Shown here: piece after piece, positions 10,301 through 18,191 of the stretch
Layout: each line of letters starts with the position of its first letter
How positions within the stretch are numbered: position 1 is the stretch's first letter
Source: Treponema sp. CETP13
GTDB lineage: Bacteria > Spirochaetota > Spirochaetia > Treponematales > Treponemataceae
Assembly (NCBI GenBank): GCA_001885315.1
Contig: MLPZ01000002.1
Location: forward strand, 75,365-139,364
DNA length: 64,000 nucleotides
Direction: 5' to 3'
The notes under the pieces: model-generated
What the model saw: only the letters and a program-made list of their open reading frames with translations
The model's database searches: none
Told to the model about the DNA's origin: nothing
Translations under genes and position numbers: made by a program

Positions 10301-10633
10301 AATGGAAATAGGTGTGAAGTCCGCAAACTAATATTGTTTCCAAAAGAGGGGAGCCTTATGAGCGATGGTACTCCGGCTGTTCCAGTTCATATTGAAGGAG
10401 ATGTGCCGTTTAATTTTAGTTATAGTAAATATACTGATATAGATTTATGGGAACATGACCATATGAATGGACTTACAGATTTGTCACAGTGTTGTGATCG
10501 TTCTGGAGGTTTCTATATTTTGAATTTAGATATTGCACAACGTGGTGTCGGAACTGGAGCTTGTGGGTCAGATACTCTTGAATCATATCGCGTTAGACCA
10601 GGGGTTTATCATTTGCAACTTAGAATGTGGTGA
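7385..10633 (+). CDS. lacZ: Beta-galactosidase (glycoside hydrolase family 2)
   Basis: About 1080 aa with the GH2 hallmarks ..NAVRTCHYP.., ..WSLGNESG.. and ..ILCEYSHAMGNS..-type (here IMCEYSHAMGNSNG). ATG at 7385 lies 6 nt after aggaga. Confidence 0.9.
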   Translation: MQEISHLYENPEIQSLHRLPARSNIVPFNSAEKATKYSAEGPLCHISEKYKFATESESEYVKNLDGEWDFLLFKNPQQAEEADLSTSEWKKISVPGTWSRLGYDKPHYTNVQMPHDMVPPYAPDENTTGVYRLNVIIPELWNNRRVVLHIGSAESCTFVKVNGQFVGMSKDSRLPFEFDITDALDKDSKTAQIIITVVRYSDASYVEDQDQWWLGGIHRSVYLYSTEDCYISDLQALTYIEDSKGIVPLVVTLGNKSLRKTTELQDLKPRILWKIHTLQGTPYKGEVGDLVAEGELQGDYNYAKTSQQVREKIVIKNPQLWSHESPSLYVLTVSMYDFERHVESSACTFGFKDVRLENREMRLNGKAILIKGVNRHEHNEYTGKTLTTNEMLKDITLLKQYNFNAVRTCHYPDDERWYELCDRFGILLMDEANIENHAFYDQISRSEAWTNAYIQRLQRMVCRDKNHASIFCWSLGNESGDGPNHCAMNGWLRRYDTTRLVQYEGAVRGEWTQGDFTLETLSRGKGLTDFISPMYPSIDLITKYASTCSDYRPIIMCEYSHAMGNSNGSLADYWHAIEQTHGLQGGFIWDWIDQGFATTITEKEAIPTYPTGSKYWKYGGDFGDTPTDYDFCLNGLLFPDQTPKPAMEECKRLFAPVKLTMLHVKQGLFEVENCQYFSRLNVFKLRWQLLSNGKRIASGSTAIPKIEAGKKGVVKIPYTEKLAKWYFDCNAKLQNPGELVIHVDVVYKKDTVCCKKDSVCTWSEFVLESGMQDSFAAAFADQYGKVKLKPTDMPCETVNLIVAGSKPQVFRAPTENEFIKALKGQEHNPLFEFYFKEKPALKWIESDLSQITEENMKFNADKGQLVLQSDLYTGPAAKEHKKIGSFVRRVSSFVAPGKKAGTVWNIEFSLNEEVSEYPRVGITSQISSIYDTVQWYGRGPHECYNDRCEGAALGLYTRHVNDLDVPYIVPQHNGNRCEVRKLILFPKEGSLMSDGTPAVPVHIEGDVPFNFSYSKYTDIDLWEHDHMNGLTDLSQCCDRSGGFYILNLDIAQRGVGTGACGSDTLESYRVRPGVYHLQLRMW

Positions 10634-10729
10634 AAATTGTAAAACAATTTTCAAGAGAGAATTGCACACCGTGCAACTCTCACCATATTAGGTAGATAAT
10701 GTGTTGCGACTTTTCTTAGAAAAGTCGCC

Positions 10730-10802
10730 TGGAGCATATCGGACTTGAACCGACCACCTTCTGATTGCGAACCAGACGCTCTACCAGATGAGCTAATGCC
10801 CC
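10730..10802 (-). tRNA. tRNA-Ala (anticodon CGC)
   Basis: Acceptor GGGGCAT with a G3:U70 pair, anticodon stem TCTGG/TCAGA, loop TTCGCAA, T-arm GTCGGTTCAAGTCCGAT. Confidence 0.85.
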
Positions 10803-10835
10803 GATAACTTAAATCGTGAGAAAAAAATTATATCA

Positions 10836-11321
10836 TTAAAGTGTAATATATTCAATTTGCTTTTCAAGAATTTGTGCTATTTTTTTTGTTCGTTCGGTAA
10901 AAGGACTAGCACTTCTTGGCTTTACAGTTTCTAATTCAGGAAGTTGATTCCCATTGTTTGTTACTATTTGTGATTGCATTTGTTGAATATTGTCTTTTGT
11001 ATGTTTTATTGAAACAATGCAAATGGAATCAATATTCGAAAAAGGAATAGTTGTTTTTTTTACAAAAGGTACTATTCCAATTGAATAAGAGACTGTTTTT
11101 TCTATTGAATCAAAAACCCAACATTCACGATATAAAAGACCTACAATGCAGAAAAGTACTAAAATTGAGGTTAAAACAGGTTTGTGTCCTGAAAAAATAT
11201 CCATAAAAAATGTTGCTACAAAAACTAGAAACATAAAAACGAATAAAGTTCTATAAAGAAAGCTAATAGTTAGTATTCCGCGATTATGTTTATCAGTTTT
11301 AAATATAAGTGAAAATCCCAT
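10836..11321 (-). CDS. Hypothetical membrane protein (two predicted TM helices)
   Basis: 161-aa ORF with two hydrophobic segments (LFVFMFLVFVATFFMDIF, VLTSILVLFCIVGLLY). No recognisable family motif. Confidence 0.45.
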   Translation of the reverse strand: MGFSLIFKTDKHNRGILTISFLYRTLFVFMFLVFVATFFMDIFSGHKPVLTSILVLFCIVGLLYRECWVFDSIEKTVSYSIGIVPFVKKTTIPFSNIDSICIVSIKHTKDNIQQMQSQIVTNNGNQLPELETVKPRSASPFTERTKKIAQILEKQIEYITL

Positions 11322-11412
11322 GGGTTGTATCCTTTTAATTGTTAGCTTATAATACGAAAGTTAAAAATGCAAGTAAATAGTAAAGTCATTAAAGATTATT
11401 CGAAGGAGATTT

Positions 11413-12780
11413 ATGAACAATAAATTTGGTTCGTGGTCATTTTATAAGCGGGCGCTTTTGTTAGCGCTGCCGGTAATGGCGCAACTTCTCATTCAAAATT
11501 TAGTTTCCCTTATTGATAATTTTATGGTAGCTGGGCTTGGTGATATAAAAATGTCAGGAGTAAATGTTTCTGGCCAGATTAATATGGTGTATCTGGTTTT
11601 GTCAAATACGATGTGCGTTGCTGGTGGTATTTTTATGTCACAGTATAATGGTGCAAAATCAGACGATGATATGAAACATGTGTATCGCTATAAAATTGTT
11701 GTTTTAATGTTGCTTGGAATACTGTATTTTGCGTACTGTTTCTCTGGTGCACAATGGGCATTACAATTTATGGTACGTGGAAATGCGAATGCTGATGCAA
11801 TTATTGCACAAGGTTCTTTGTACATGAAGTTAATAGCATTTACATGGCTACCACTTCCTTTTTCAATGGCCATTTCGACTTCTTTACGAGAAACTGGGCG
11901 AGTTAAAGCTCCTCTGTATATTTCTGTTGGAGCCACACTGGTAAATACGTTTTTTAACTGGATTTTTATTTACGGAAATTTAGGAGCTCCGCGGCTCGAA
12001 GTTCGAGGTGCTGCAATTGCTACAATTATTGCACGCAGTCTAGAAGCCCTTGTTTTTTTAGGTTACTGCTATATTACCAACCCTCCGTTTTTTAGTAAAT
12101 TTCGTAATATTTTTAAGGTTAGACTGCGCTTAATCGGTAATATACTAAAAAAATCTGCAATGATTTTAGTATCCGAAATGAGTTGGATACTTGTAGAGAC
12201 TTTTACTTCTTCTATTTATAACGGCCGTGGAGGTGCTGAAGTTATTTCTGGTATGGGTGCAGGTTTTGCAATAGCTAATCTGTTTTTAATTTGCATAAGT
12301 GGTGTTCAAACAGCAATAGGAGTTATGCTTGGTGGCACTTTGGGGGCAGGAAAACTTGAAGAAGCTCGGGAGCAAAAAACATGGTTTACAAGTGGGGCTT
12401 TAGTTTTTGGTATGTTTTTTGGTGGTTGTTGCACTCTTGGAATATTTATGATTCCTGTTGTGTTTGGTAATTTGAGTGATGGCGCTCGGCACATTGCAAC
12501 TCAAATGTTATTGGTAAACGCATTTTATGTTGCAGTATGGGTGTATTTAAATGTTTTATTAGGTATTTCTCGAACAGGTGGAGATACTCTTATGGGAGCA
12601 ACTATGGATTTGTCAATAAACTTACTCATTGCATTACCTGGTATTCTTTTGATATCAAAATATACTTTGTGGGGGCCTGTCCTTATGTTTGCGGTTATTA
12701 AACTTGCAGATTTAGTAAAAATCCTTTACGCAACAATATGGATGCGCAATGAACACTGGATAAAAAATCTTACTAATTAG
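11413..12780 (+). CDS. MATE family efflux transporter
   Basis: 455 aa, about 12 TM. N-terminal ..LALPVMAQLLIQNLVSLIDNFMVAGLG.. is typical of MATE/NorM proteins. Confidence 0.8.
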   Translation: MNNKFGSWSFYKRALLLALPVMAQLLIQNLVSLIDNFMVAGLGDIKMSGVNVSGQINMVYLVLSNTMCVAGGIFMSQYNGAKSDDDMKHVYRYKIVVLMLLGILYFAYCFSGAQWALQFMVRGNANADAIIAQGSLYMKLIAFTWLPLPFSMAISTSLRETGRVKAPLYISVGATLVNTFFNWIFIYGNLGAPRLEVRGAAIATIIARSLEALVFLGYCYITNPPFFSKFRNIFKVRLRLIGNILKKSAMILVSEMSWILVETFTSSIYNGRGGAEVISGMGAGFAIANLFLICISGVQTAIGVMLGGTLGAGKLEEAREQKTWFTSGALVFGMFFGGCCTLGIFMIPVVFGNLSDGARHIATQMLLVNAFYVAVWVYLNVLLGISRTGGDTLMGATMDLSINLLIALPGILLISKYTLWGPVLMFAVIKLADLVKILYATIWMRNEHWIKNLTN

Positions 12781-12814
12781 ACAAAAAACTTTATGTAGGA
12801 TATAATCATTTTCT

Positions 12815-13930
12815 ATGAAAAACTCTCAAATTGATAAACTTGCACATACGTTAATTACATATTCGGTGGCGGCAAAAAAAGGCGAATTTGTACTTATTCA
12901 AAATACAAACCTTGCCGCTGATTTAGTTGAAGCTCTTATTAGAGAAACGTATAAAGTTGGGGCATATCCATTAGTTACGCTTAATGATAAAAGAGTTGAG
13001 CGGGAATTACTCATGGGGGCAACTCCAGAAATGCTCAAAAAATGGGCAGATATTGACTTGTATAAAATGAAACAAGCTGATTGTTACATCGGTTTTTCTG
13101 CTTTACGCAATCAAAGTGAATGGGTAGATGTTCCTCAAGAGAATATTGATAATTACTATAAATATTATTTTCAGCCAGTACATATGAAACAGCGATTGTC
13201 ACATACTCGTTGGTGTGTCTTACGATATCCAACTTCTGCAATGGCTCAGTTATCAAACATGAGTTCAGAAGCTTTCGAAGATTTTTATTTTCAGGTTTGT
13301 AATTTAGATTACAGCAAAATGTCAGAAGCTATGGACTCTCTTGTTGCTCTTATGCAAAAAACAGATAAAGTGCGACTCGTTGCAAAAGATACTGATTTGA
13401 GTTTTAGTATTAAAGGCTTACCGGCTATTAAATGTGATGGTACAATGAATATTCCAGATGGTGAAGTGTACACAGCTCCTGTAAAAGACTCTGTAAACGG
13501 TGTTATCACGTATAATACACCATCTCTAAAAGATAGTTTTACCTATGAGCAGATTCAATTTACTTTTAAAAACGGAAAAATTATAAAAGCAACATCTAAC
13601 GATACAGACCGAATTAATAAAGTCCTAGATACTGATGAAGGGGCTAGATATGTTGGAGAATTTGCAATTGGTGTAAACCCATTTATTCAAAAACCAATGA
13701 AAGAAACGTTATTTGACGAAAAAATAGATGGCTCAATACATTTTACTCCGGGAAATAGCTATGATGATTGTGATAATGGCAATAAATCAGCTATTCATTG
13801 GGATCTAGTTCTAATTCAGAGACCTGAATATGGTGGTGGAGAAATTTGGTTTGATGATGTTCTTATTAGAAAAGATGGGCATTTTGTGTTACCAGAACTT
13901 GCATGTCTAAATTCTGAAAATTTAAAGTAA
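12815..13930 (+). CDS. Aminopeptidase, M29 (AmpS/PepS-like) family
   Basis: 371 aa. Overall pattern (..LAHTLITYSV.., ..GEFAIGVNP.., ..GSIHFTPGNSY..) is typical of thermophilic-metalloprotease M29 aminopeptidases. Confidence 0.7.
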   Translation: MKNSQIDKLAHTLITYSVAAKKGEFVLIQNTNLAADLVEALIRETYKVGAYPLVTLNDKRVERELLMGATPEMLKKWADIDLYKMKQADCYIGFSALRNQSEWVDVPQENIDNYYKYYFQPVHMKQRLSHTRWCVLRYPTSAMAQLSNMSSEAFEDFYFQVCNLDYSKMSEAMDSLVALMQKTDKVRLVAKDTDLSFSIKGLPAIKCDGTMNIPDGEVYTAPVKDSVNGVITYNTPSLKDSFTYEQIQFTFKNGKIIKATSNDTDRINKVLDTDEGARYVGEFAIGVNPFIQKPMKETLFDEKIDGSIHFTPGNSYDDCDNGNKSAIHWDLVLIQRPEYGGGEIWFDDVLIRKDGHFVLPELACLNSENLK

Positions 13931-13964
13931 CATGTAAATACTTATAGTATTTATAGGAGGAATA

Positions 13965-14900
13965 ATGAACGGGATACCTTTAATAGAAAAATATGGTTAT
14001 TTTTTAAAAGATCTTCTTGCAGCCTCGGTTGCACCGGATGTAATTACAACTGAAAATGTGTACCAAGAAGCTAATCTTGAGTCACGAAAGTTTATGAAAC
14101 TTATGATGAAAGAAAATTTGCTTGAAGGTAGCAAAATTAATGGTTTAGAAAATTTTCGTAAATTTTATGATTTAGTAAAAAGCGGTAAACGAGGGTTAAT
14201 ACTTTCTGAACATTTTAGTAATATGGATTTACCTGCTTATTGCTACATGCTTGAAGAATATGGAGATGATTTTTGCAAGGATTTATCACTTAGTACTGTT
14301 GCAATAGCGGGAATGAAGCTTAACGAAGCAAATCCTGCTGTAAAAGCTTGGGCAGAAGCTTTTTCTCGTGTTGTAATTTATCCAAGTCGTTCACTTAAAG
14401 CTCATGAGAGCCAAGCTGATTTTGATGCTGAAATGGAAAAAAGTAAAAAAATAAATATGGCAGCTATGCGTGCTATGGACCATTGCAAGAAAAATGGACA
14501 TCCTATTTTAGTTTTCCCTAGTGGCACACGATATCGCCCAAATAAACCAGAAACACGTACTGGTTTGCGCGAAATAGATTCATATTTACGAACATTCGAT
14601 TATATGATACTTGTTTCTATTAATGGTAATTGCCTTCGTTTAAATCCAGAAAATCCAGAAGAGATGACGCAAGATCTTGTTACTAAAGATACAATAATCT
14701 TAAGCGCTAGCCCTGTAATGGAATGTAGAAAATTTAGAAAAGAAGCAATGGCATCTTTAAGTGATGATGTAGAAGACAAAAAAAGTGAAGTTGTTCAAAA
14801 AGTTATGGATGCGCTAACTGCGCAACATGATGCACATCAAGCTGAATACAAAGCGGCCTATAAAGCGGCAACTGGTCAAGAATCAGATTACTACGCATAA
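13965..14900 (+). CDS. Phospholipid/glycerol acyltransferase-family protein
   Basis: HX4D acyltransferase motif (SEHFSNMD) and block III-like FPSGTR. Confidence 0.55.
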   Translation: MNGIPLIEKYGYFLKDLLAASVAPDVITTENVYQEANLESRKFMKLMMKENLLEGSKINGLENFRKFYDLVKSGKRGLILSEHFSNMDLPAYCYMLEEYGDDFCKDLSLSTVAIAGMKLNEANPAVKAWAEAFSRVVIYPSRSLKAHESQADFDAEMEKSKKINMAAMRAMDHCKKNGHPILVFPSGTRYRPNKPETRTGLREIDSYLRTFDYMILVSINGNCLRLNPENPEEMTQDLVTKDTIILSASPVMECRKFRKEAMASLSDDVEDKKSEVVQKVMDALTAQHDAHQAEYKAAYKAATGQESDYYA

Positions 14901-14915
14901 AGCCAGTAAGATAAG

Positions 14916-14948
14916 AAAACGCATATCATAACGATATGCGTTTTTTTT
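14916..14948. terminator. Bidirectional intrinsic terminator (acyltransferase / hisD convergent ends)
   Basis: Hairpin aaaacgcatatc-ataac-gatatgcgtttt with a T8 run. Overlaps the hisD stop codon. Confidence 0.75.
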
Positions 14949-16314
14949 ATTGCCTTTTGTGTGCCGCTTCGGCATGTGCGGCAAGACCTTCGGCTTTGCC
15001 CATAAGTACAGAGGCTTGTGCGCTCATTTTTGGTCCTTCCTTTTTAGAGCCATCGGCGTTTGTTTCTGCTCGTAAAGTAGTGCAGGTTTTTAAAAAGCAA
15101 CGAATACTTAAGCCTCCGGTAAATCGGGCAGCACCAGAAGTTGGTAATGTGTGATTTAATCCGGCTGCATAGTCGCCAAAAACTTCGGCAACTTCATGGC
15201 CAATAAAAAGAGATCCGTAATTGTGAACCATATGCTGTATTTTATCGCGCGTCGCCCCTGCTTCCATAGCAAGTTCTAAATGCTCCGGGGCTTTTCGGTT
15301 TGCAAGTTCTGCTGCTTCTTCAATTGTCTTGGTAATTATAATCACGCCACAATTATCAATGCTTTGGCGAGCATTTTCGGCAGTAGAAAGCGTTTTAAGT
15401 TGTTTTTCAATTTGCTCAGAAACTTTTTCTGCTAATGCTCTGTCGGTTGTTGCCATAACAGGCTGTGCAACAATGTCATGCTCTGCTTGTGCAAGTAAAT
15501 CTGCAGCAACCCATTCAGGTTTTGCAGTTGAATCGGCAATGACAAATACTTCTGTAGGACCTGCGAGTAAATCGATACCAACTTTGCCATAAACTTGTTT
15601 TTTTGCATCGGCAACGTATTTGTTCCCTGGTCCTGCAATAACATCAACACTTGGAATAGTTTCAGTTCCATAAGCCATGGCTGCGATTGCTTGAGCCCCA
15701 CCAACAGCATAGGCCTTTCTAAGTCCACAAATATAGGCAGTTGCGAGAATATTACTATCAGCATATGGTTTTCCACCGACAAAAGCACGAGGTTTATCGC
15801 CAGCTGCTTGAGCGGCAGCAATATCGTCTGGATGAATGCGTGGCGGAGTACAAAATACAATATCTTTTACGCCTGCAGCGAGTGCGGGGCTTGTTGTCAT
15901 AATAACGGTCGAAATAAGTGGGAAACGTCCTGCAGGAACGTAAATGCCTGCTCTGCTAACGGGAATTGTTTTTTGGCCGGTAAAAAGACCTGGTTCAATT
16001 TCCATTTCAAAGTCTTCAAATGACTGGGCTTGTCGTTTTGCAAACTTTAGCGCTAGTTTTGCCGAGAACTCAAGGGCTTTATATAATTCCGGATTGTCTT
16101 TTTTTAGTGAATCGGCTGCGGCTTTCATATCGCCTTCTGAAATTTCAAGAGTTGAAGGAGCTGCTTGGTCAAACTTCTCAGAAAATTCTCTAAGAGCTGC
16201 ATCGCCATTTTTTCGTACACTGTCTATAACGTTTTTTGCGACTTCTTGAGCATCTCCCATTTCGCGTGGTTCAAAAAAGTCTTCAGTCAATGTATCTGAA
16301 TTAATAATTTTCAT
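14947..16314 (-). CDS. hisD: Histidinol dehydrogenase
   Basis: 455 aa with ..GPGNKYV.., ..AGPTEV.., ..AQAEHD.. and ..GDY..G.NHTLPT.. motifs characteristic of HisD. Confidence 0.9.
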   Translation of the reverse strand: MKIINSDTLTEDFFEPREMGDAQEVAKNVIDSVRKNGDAALREFSEKFDQAAPSTLEISEGDMKAAADSLKKDNPELYKALEFSAKLALKFAKRQAQSFEDFEMEIEPGLFTGQKTIPVSRAGIYVPAGRFPLISTVIMTTSPALAAGVKDIVFCTPPRIHPDDIAAAQAAGDKPRAFVGGKPYADSNILATAYICGLRKAYAVGGAQAIAAMAYGTETIPSVDVIAGPGNKYVADAKKQVYGKVGIDLLAGPTEVFVIADSTAKPEWVAADLLAQAEHDIVAQPVMATTDRALAEKVSEQIEKQLKTLSTAENARQSIDNCGVIIITKTIEEAAELANRKAPEHLELAMEAGATRDKIQHMVHNYGSLFIGHEVAEVFGDYAAGLNHTLPTSGAARFTGGLSIRCFLKTCTTLRAETNADGSKKEGPKMSAQASVLMGKAEGLAAHAEAAHKRQ

Positions 16315-16369
16315 AAAACGCTCCTGTTTTGCGCGATAAAAGCAAACTAATTATGTGCTAGTACAAACG

Positions 16370-17689
16370 TTATTTTTTGTGTCGACGATCTAATTCATCG
16401 TATACGTCTTGCCAGTTTACGCCTTCTTTATACATAAGAACACTTAAAAAGTAGAGAAGATCGGCACATTCCCAAATAACTTCGTCTTTTGTTTCGGCGT
16501 CATCAGTAACTTCTTCTGCTTCTTCCATAACTTTTTCGCGCACTCTCTCGTCTGTAAGAGTTGCTGTGTACGAACCGGGTTTAGGATTAGCAAAACGCTC
16601 GCTAATTATGCTATACAAACGCTCCATAGTAGATTTTTCGTCTGCAGATGTAGTAAAACACGTCCAGTTTCCTGTATGACAAGAAGGACCTACTGGGACT
16701 ACTGTTGCTAAAACAGTGTCACGGTCGCAATCAACTCTCAGTTTAACCACGTTTAATGAATTGCCCGAAGTATCACCTTTGGTCCAAAGTTCGTCACGAG
16801 AGCGGCTCCAAAAAGTGAGTCGATTACATTCAAATGTTTTTTCAAAGGCTTGTTTGTTTGCATAACCCATCATTAAGACTTCGCCATTTACACTTTGTGC
16901 AATTACCGGAATCATACCGCCTTGATTTGCAACTTTTTCCCAGTCCAAGCATTCAATAAAAGCATCTTTAAGAGAAACTTTTCCAGTATATAAAGCCATT
17001 CCGAGCTGAACATCAACGCCCATTCGCTCAAGGGCGATAATTTCTTCAAGAGTACTAACGCCGCCAGCTGCAACAAGCCGACAATGAACTGCTTCCCGTA
17101 ATTTTTTTACGGTATCTATATCGGTGCCTTGCATGCAACCTTCTTTTTCTACACAGGTAAACAACAGTTCATGTGCATATTTTTCGGCAGCTTTGGCACC
17201 CTCTACAACAGGAATCCCTGCCGTTTCAGTCCATCCTTTTATTGCTATATTGCCGTCTATTGCATCAATCGAAATAATAATATGGTCACGGCCAATAGCC
17301 TGTGTAAGTTCATCTAAAAATTCAGTGTTAAGGTACGAATTACTGTCTTTAGGATCTTTGTTCCATGCAGCAGAGCCAATAATAACTTTTTCGGCTCCCC
17401 AAGAAATAAGCTCTTTTGCTTTTTTTACGTCTCTAATTCCACCACCTACACGACAGTTTCCCTTGCGTAAAATGCTTTTGAGCATAGCAGTATTTTCAGT
17501 CTGCCCTTTACGTTTGCCCTCGGTAATCATGTTACCCAATGCAGCATCTAAATCTATAACAGCGACTTCACCGTAGCGATTAAAATCTGTAATTAATTCG
17601 TCGGCATTGTCTCTTTCGAGCATCTTTTCTTTGCCGTTTTTAAGCTGGACGACCTTGCCGTCCTTCATGTCTATTGAAGCTATAACCAT
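16370..17689 (-). CDS. Trifunctional fusion: HisA-like (beta/alpha)8 barrel + phosphoribosyl-AMP cyclohydrolase (HisI) + phosphoribosyl-ATP pyrophosphatase (HisE)
   Basis: N-terminus IASIDMKDGKVVQLKNG..GGGIRDV..AAGGVSTLEEI..GMALYTG is HisA/HisF-family. The middle region ..WSRSRDELWTKGDTSGN..VDCDRDT..GPSCHTG is HisI. The C-terminus ..ATLTDERVREKVMEEAEEV..ECADLLYF is HisE. Confidence 0.8.
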   Translation of the reverse strand: MVIASIDMKDGKVVQLKNGKEKMLERDNADELITDFNRYGEVAVIDLDAALGNMITEGKRKGQTENTAMLKSILRKGNCRVGGGIRDVKKAKELISWGAEKVIIGSAAWNKDPKDSNSYLNTEFLDELTQAIGRDHIIISIDAIDGNIAIKGWTETAGIPVVEGAKAAEKYAHELLFTCVEKEGCMQGTDIDTVKKLREAVHCRLVAAGGVSTLEEIIALERMGVDVQLGMALYTGKVSLKDAFIECLDWEKVANQGGMIPVIAQSVNGEVLMMGYANKQAFEKTFECNRLTFWSRSRDELWTKGDTSGNSLNVVKLRVDCDRDTVLATVVPVGPSCHTGNWTCFTTSADEKSTMERLYSIISERFANPKPGSYTATLTDERVREKVMEEAEEVTDDAETKDEVIWECADLLYFLSVLMYKEGVNWQDVYDELDRRHKK

Positions 17690-17835
17690 ACCGACACTTT
17701 AGCAGAATTAAAGTATCTTTTCAATTAGTAAAGAAAACGAGAAAAAAGGGAAAATAGGGGGGGAGGTGGGGGTGCAAGTTTGTCTTGCCGAGCTTTGCTA
17801 CTTTGTGAAACTTGTCGTGGAATGAGTTTCATTCT

Positions 17836-17978
17836 GGCAAATCCCCTCTTCGAGGGTCGCGCTATTACAACCTCCGCTCTCGCTCCGAAAGCCTTGTGGC
17901 TAAAAAGCCACTGCGGGTTTTTGCTACTGCAAGTTTCCATATCGCTATTTGTGCGGGCGGTAACGGGGGGGAGGGGAG
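17836..17978 (+). repeat. Unclassified ~140-nt intergenic repeat, copy A (G-run terminated)
   Basis: ggcaaatcccctcttcgagggtcgcgctattacaacctccg...tttttgcta.tgcaagtttccatatcgctatttgt.cg.gcggtaacggggggg recurs at 23093-23230 in the same orientation. About 90% identity by eye. Confidence 0.8.
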
Positions 17979-18191
17979 GATGTTTGCAGATAGAAAATCA
18001 TTATTTTATTTTACTAAAGGAGCTAGATGCGCAATTGAATGATAATCTGCTTAGGAATATAATTTTATAGTTAGTGAAAATGCAAATATTAAAAAGGCAT
18101 AAAAATGAGATTTGGCAATCAAAAACAGCAGGAAGTATCTTCAATTTGCACCGTATAAAGATAACTATGGTAAAAAATAAAGGGAGAATTT

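Noticed and set aside
15329-16249. Antisense ORFs inside hisD (15329-15592, 15595-16023, 15944-16249), and similar antisense ORFs inside purD, hisA-IE, lacZ, hsdR, zorA and others
   Set aside because: They lie wholly within strongly supported genes on the opposite strand. They have low-complexity or Cys/Ser-rich translations and no RBS, so they are typical shadow ORFs.
17757-17980. Idea that repeat copy A is a histidine leader, T-box or attenuator for the hisA-IE/hisD operon
   Set aside because: A near-identical copy sits upstream of the thi4 riboswitch, so it is not gene-specific. No T-box consensus, specifier loop or His-codon-rich leader peptide was seen.
17725-18070. ORFs 17725-17940(-), 17780-18070(+) and 17812-18042(+) in the hisA-IE upstream region
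   Set aside because: They lie entirely within the G-run repeat element. The peptide shared with ORF 22938-23243 (ANPLFEGRAITTSA...VSISLFVRAVTGG) reflects the nucleotide repeat, not a conserved protein. There is no SD sequence, and the composition is proline/glycine-run rich.
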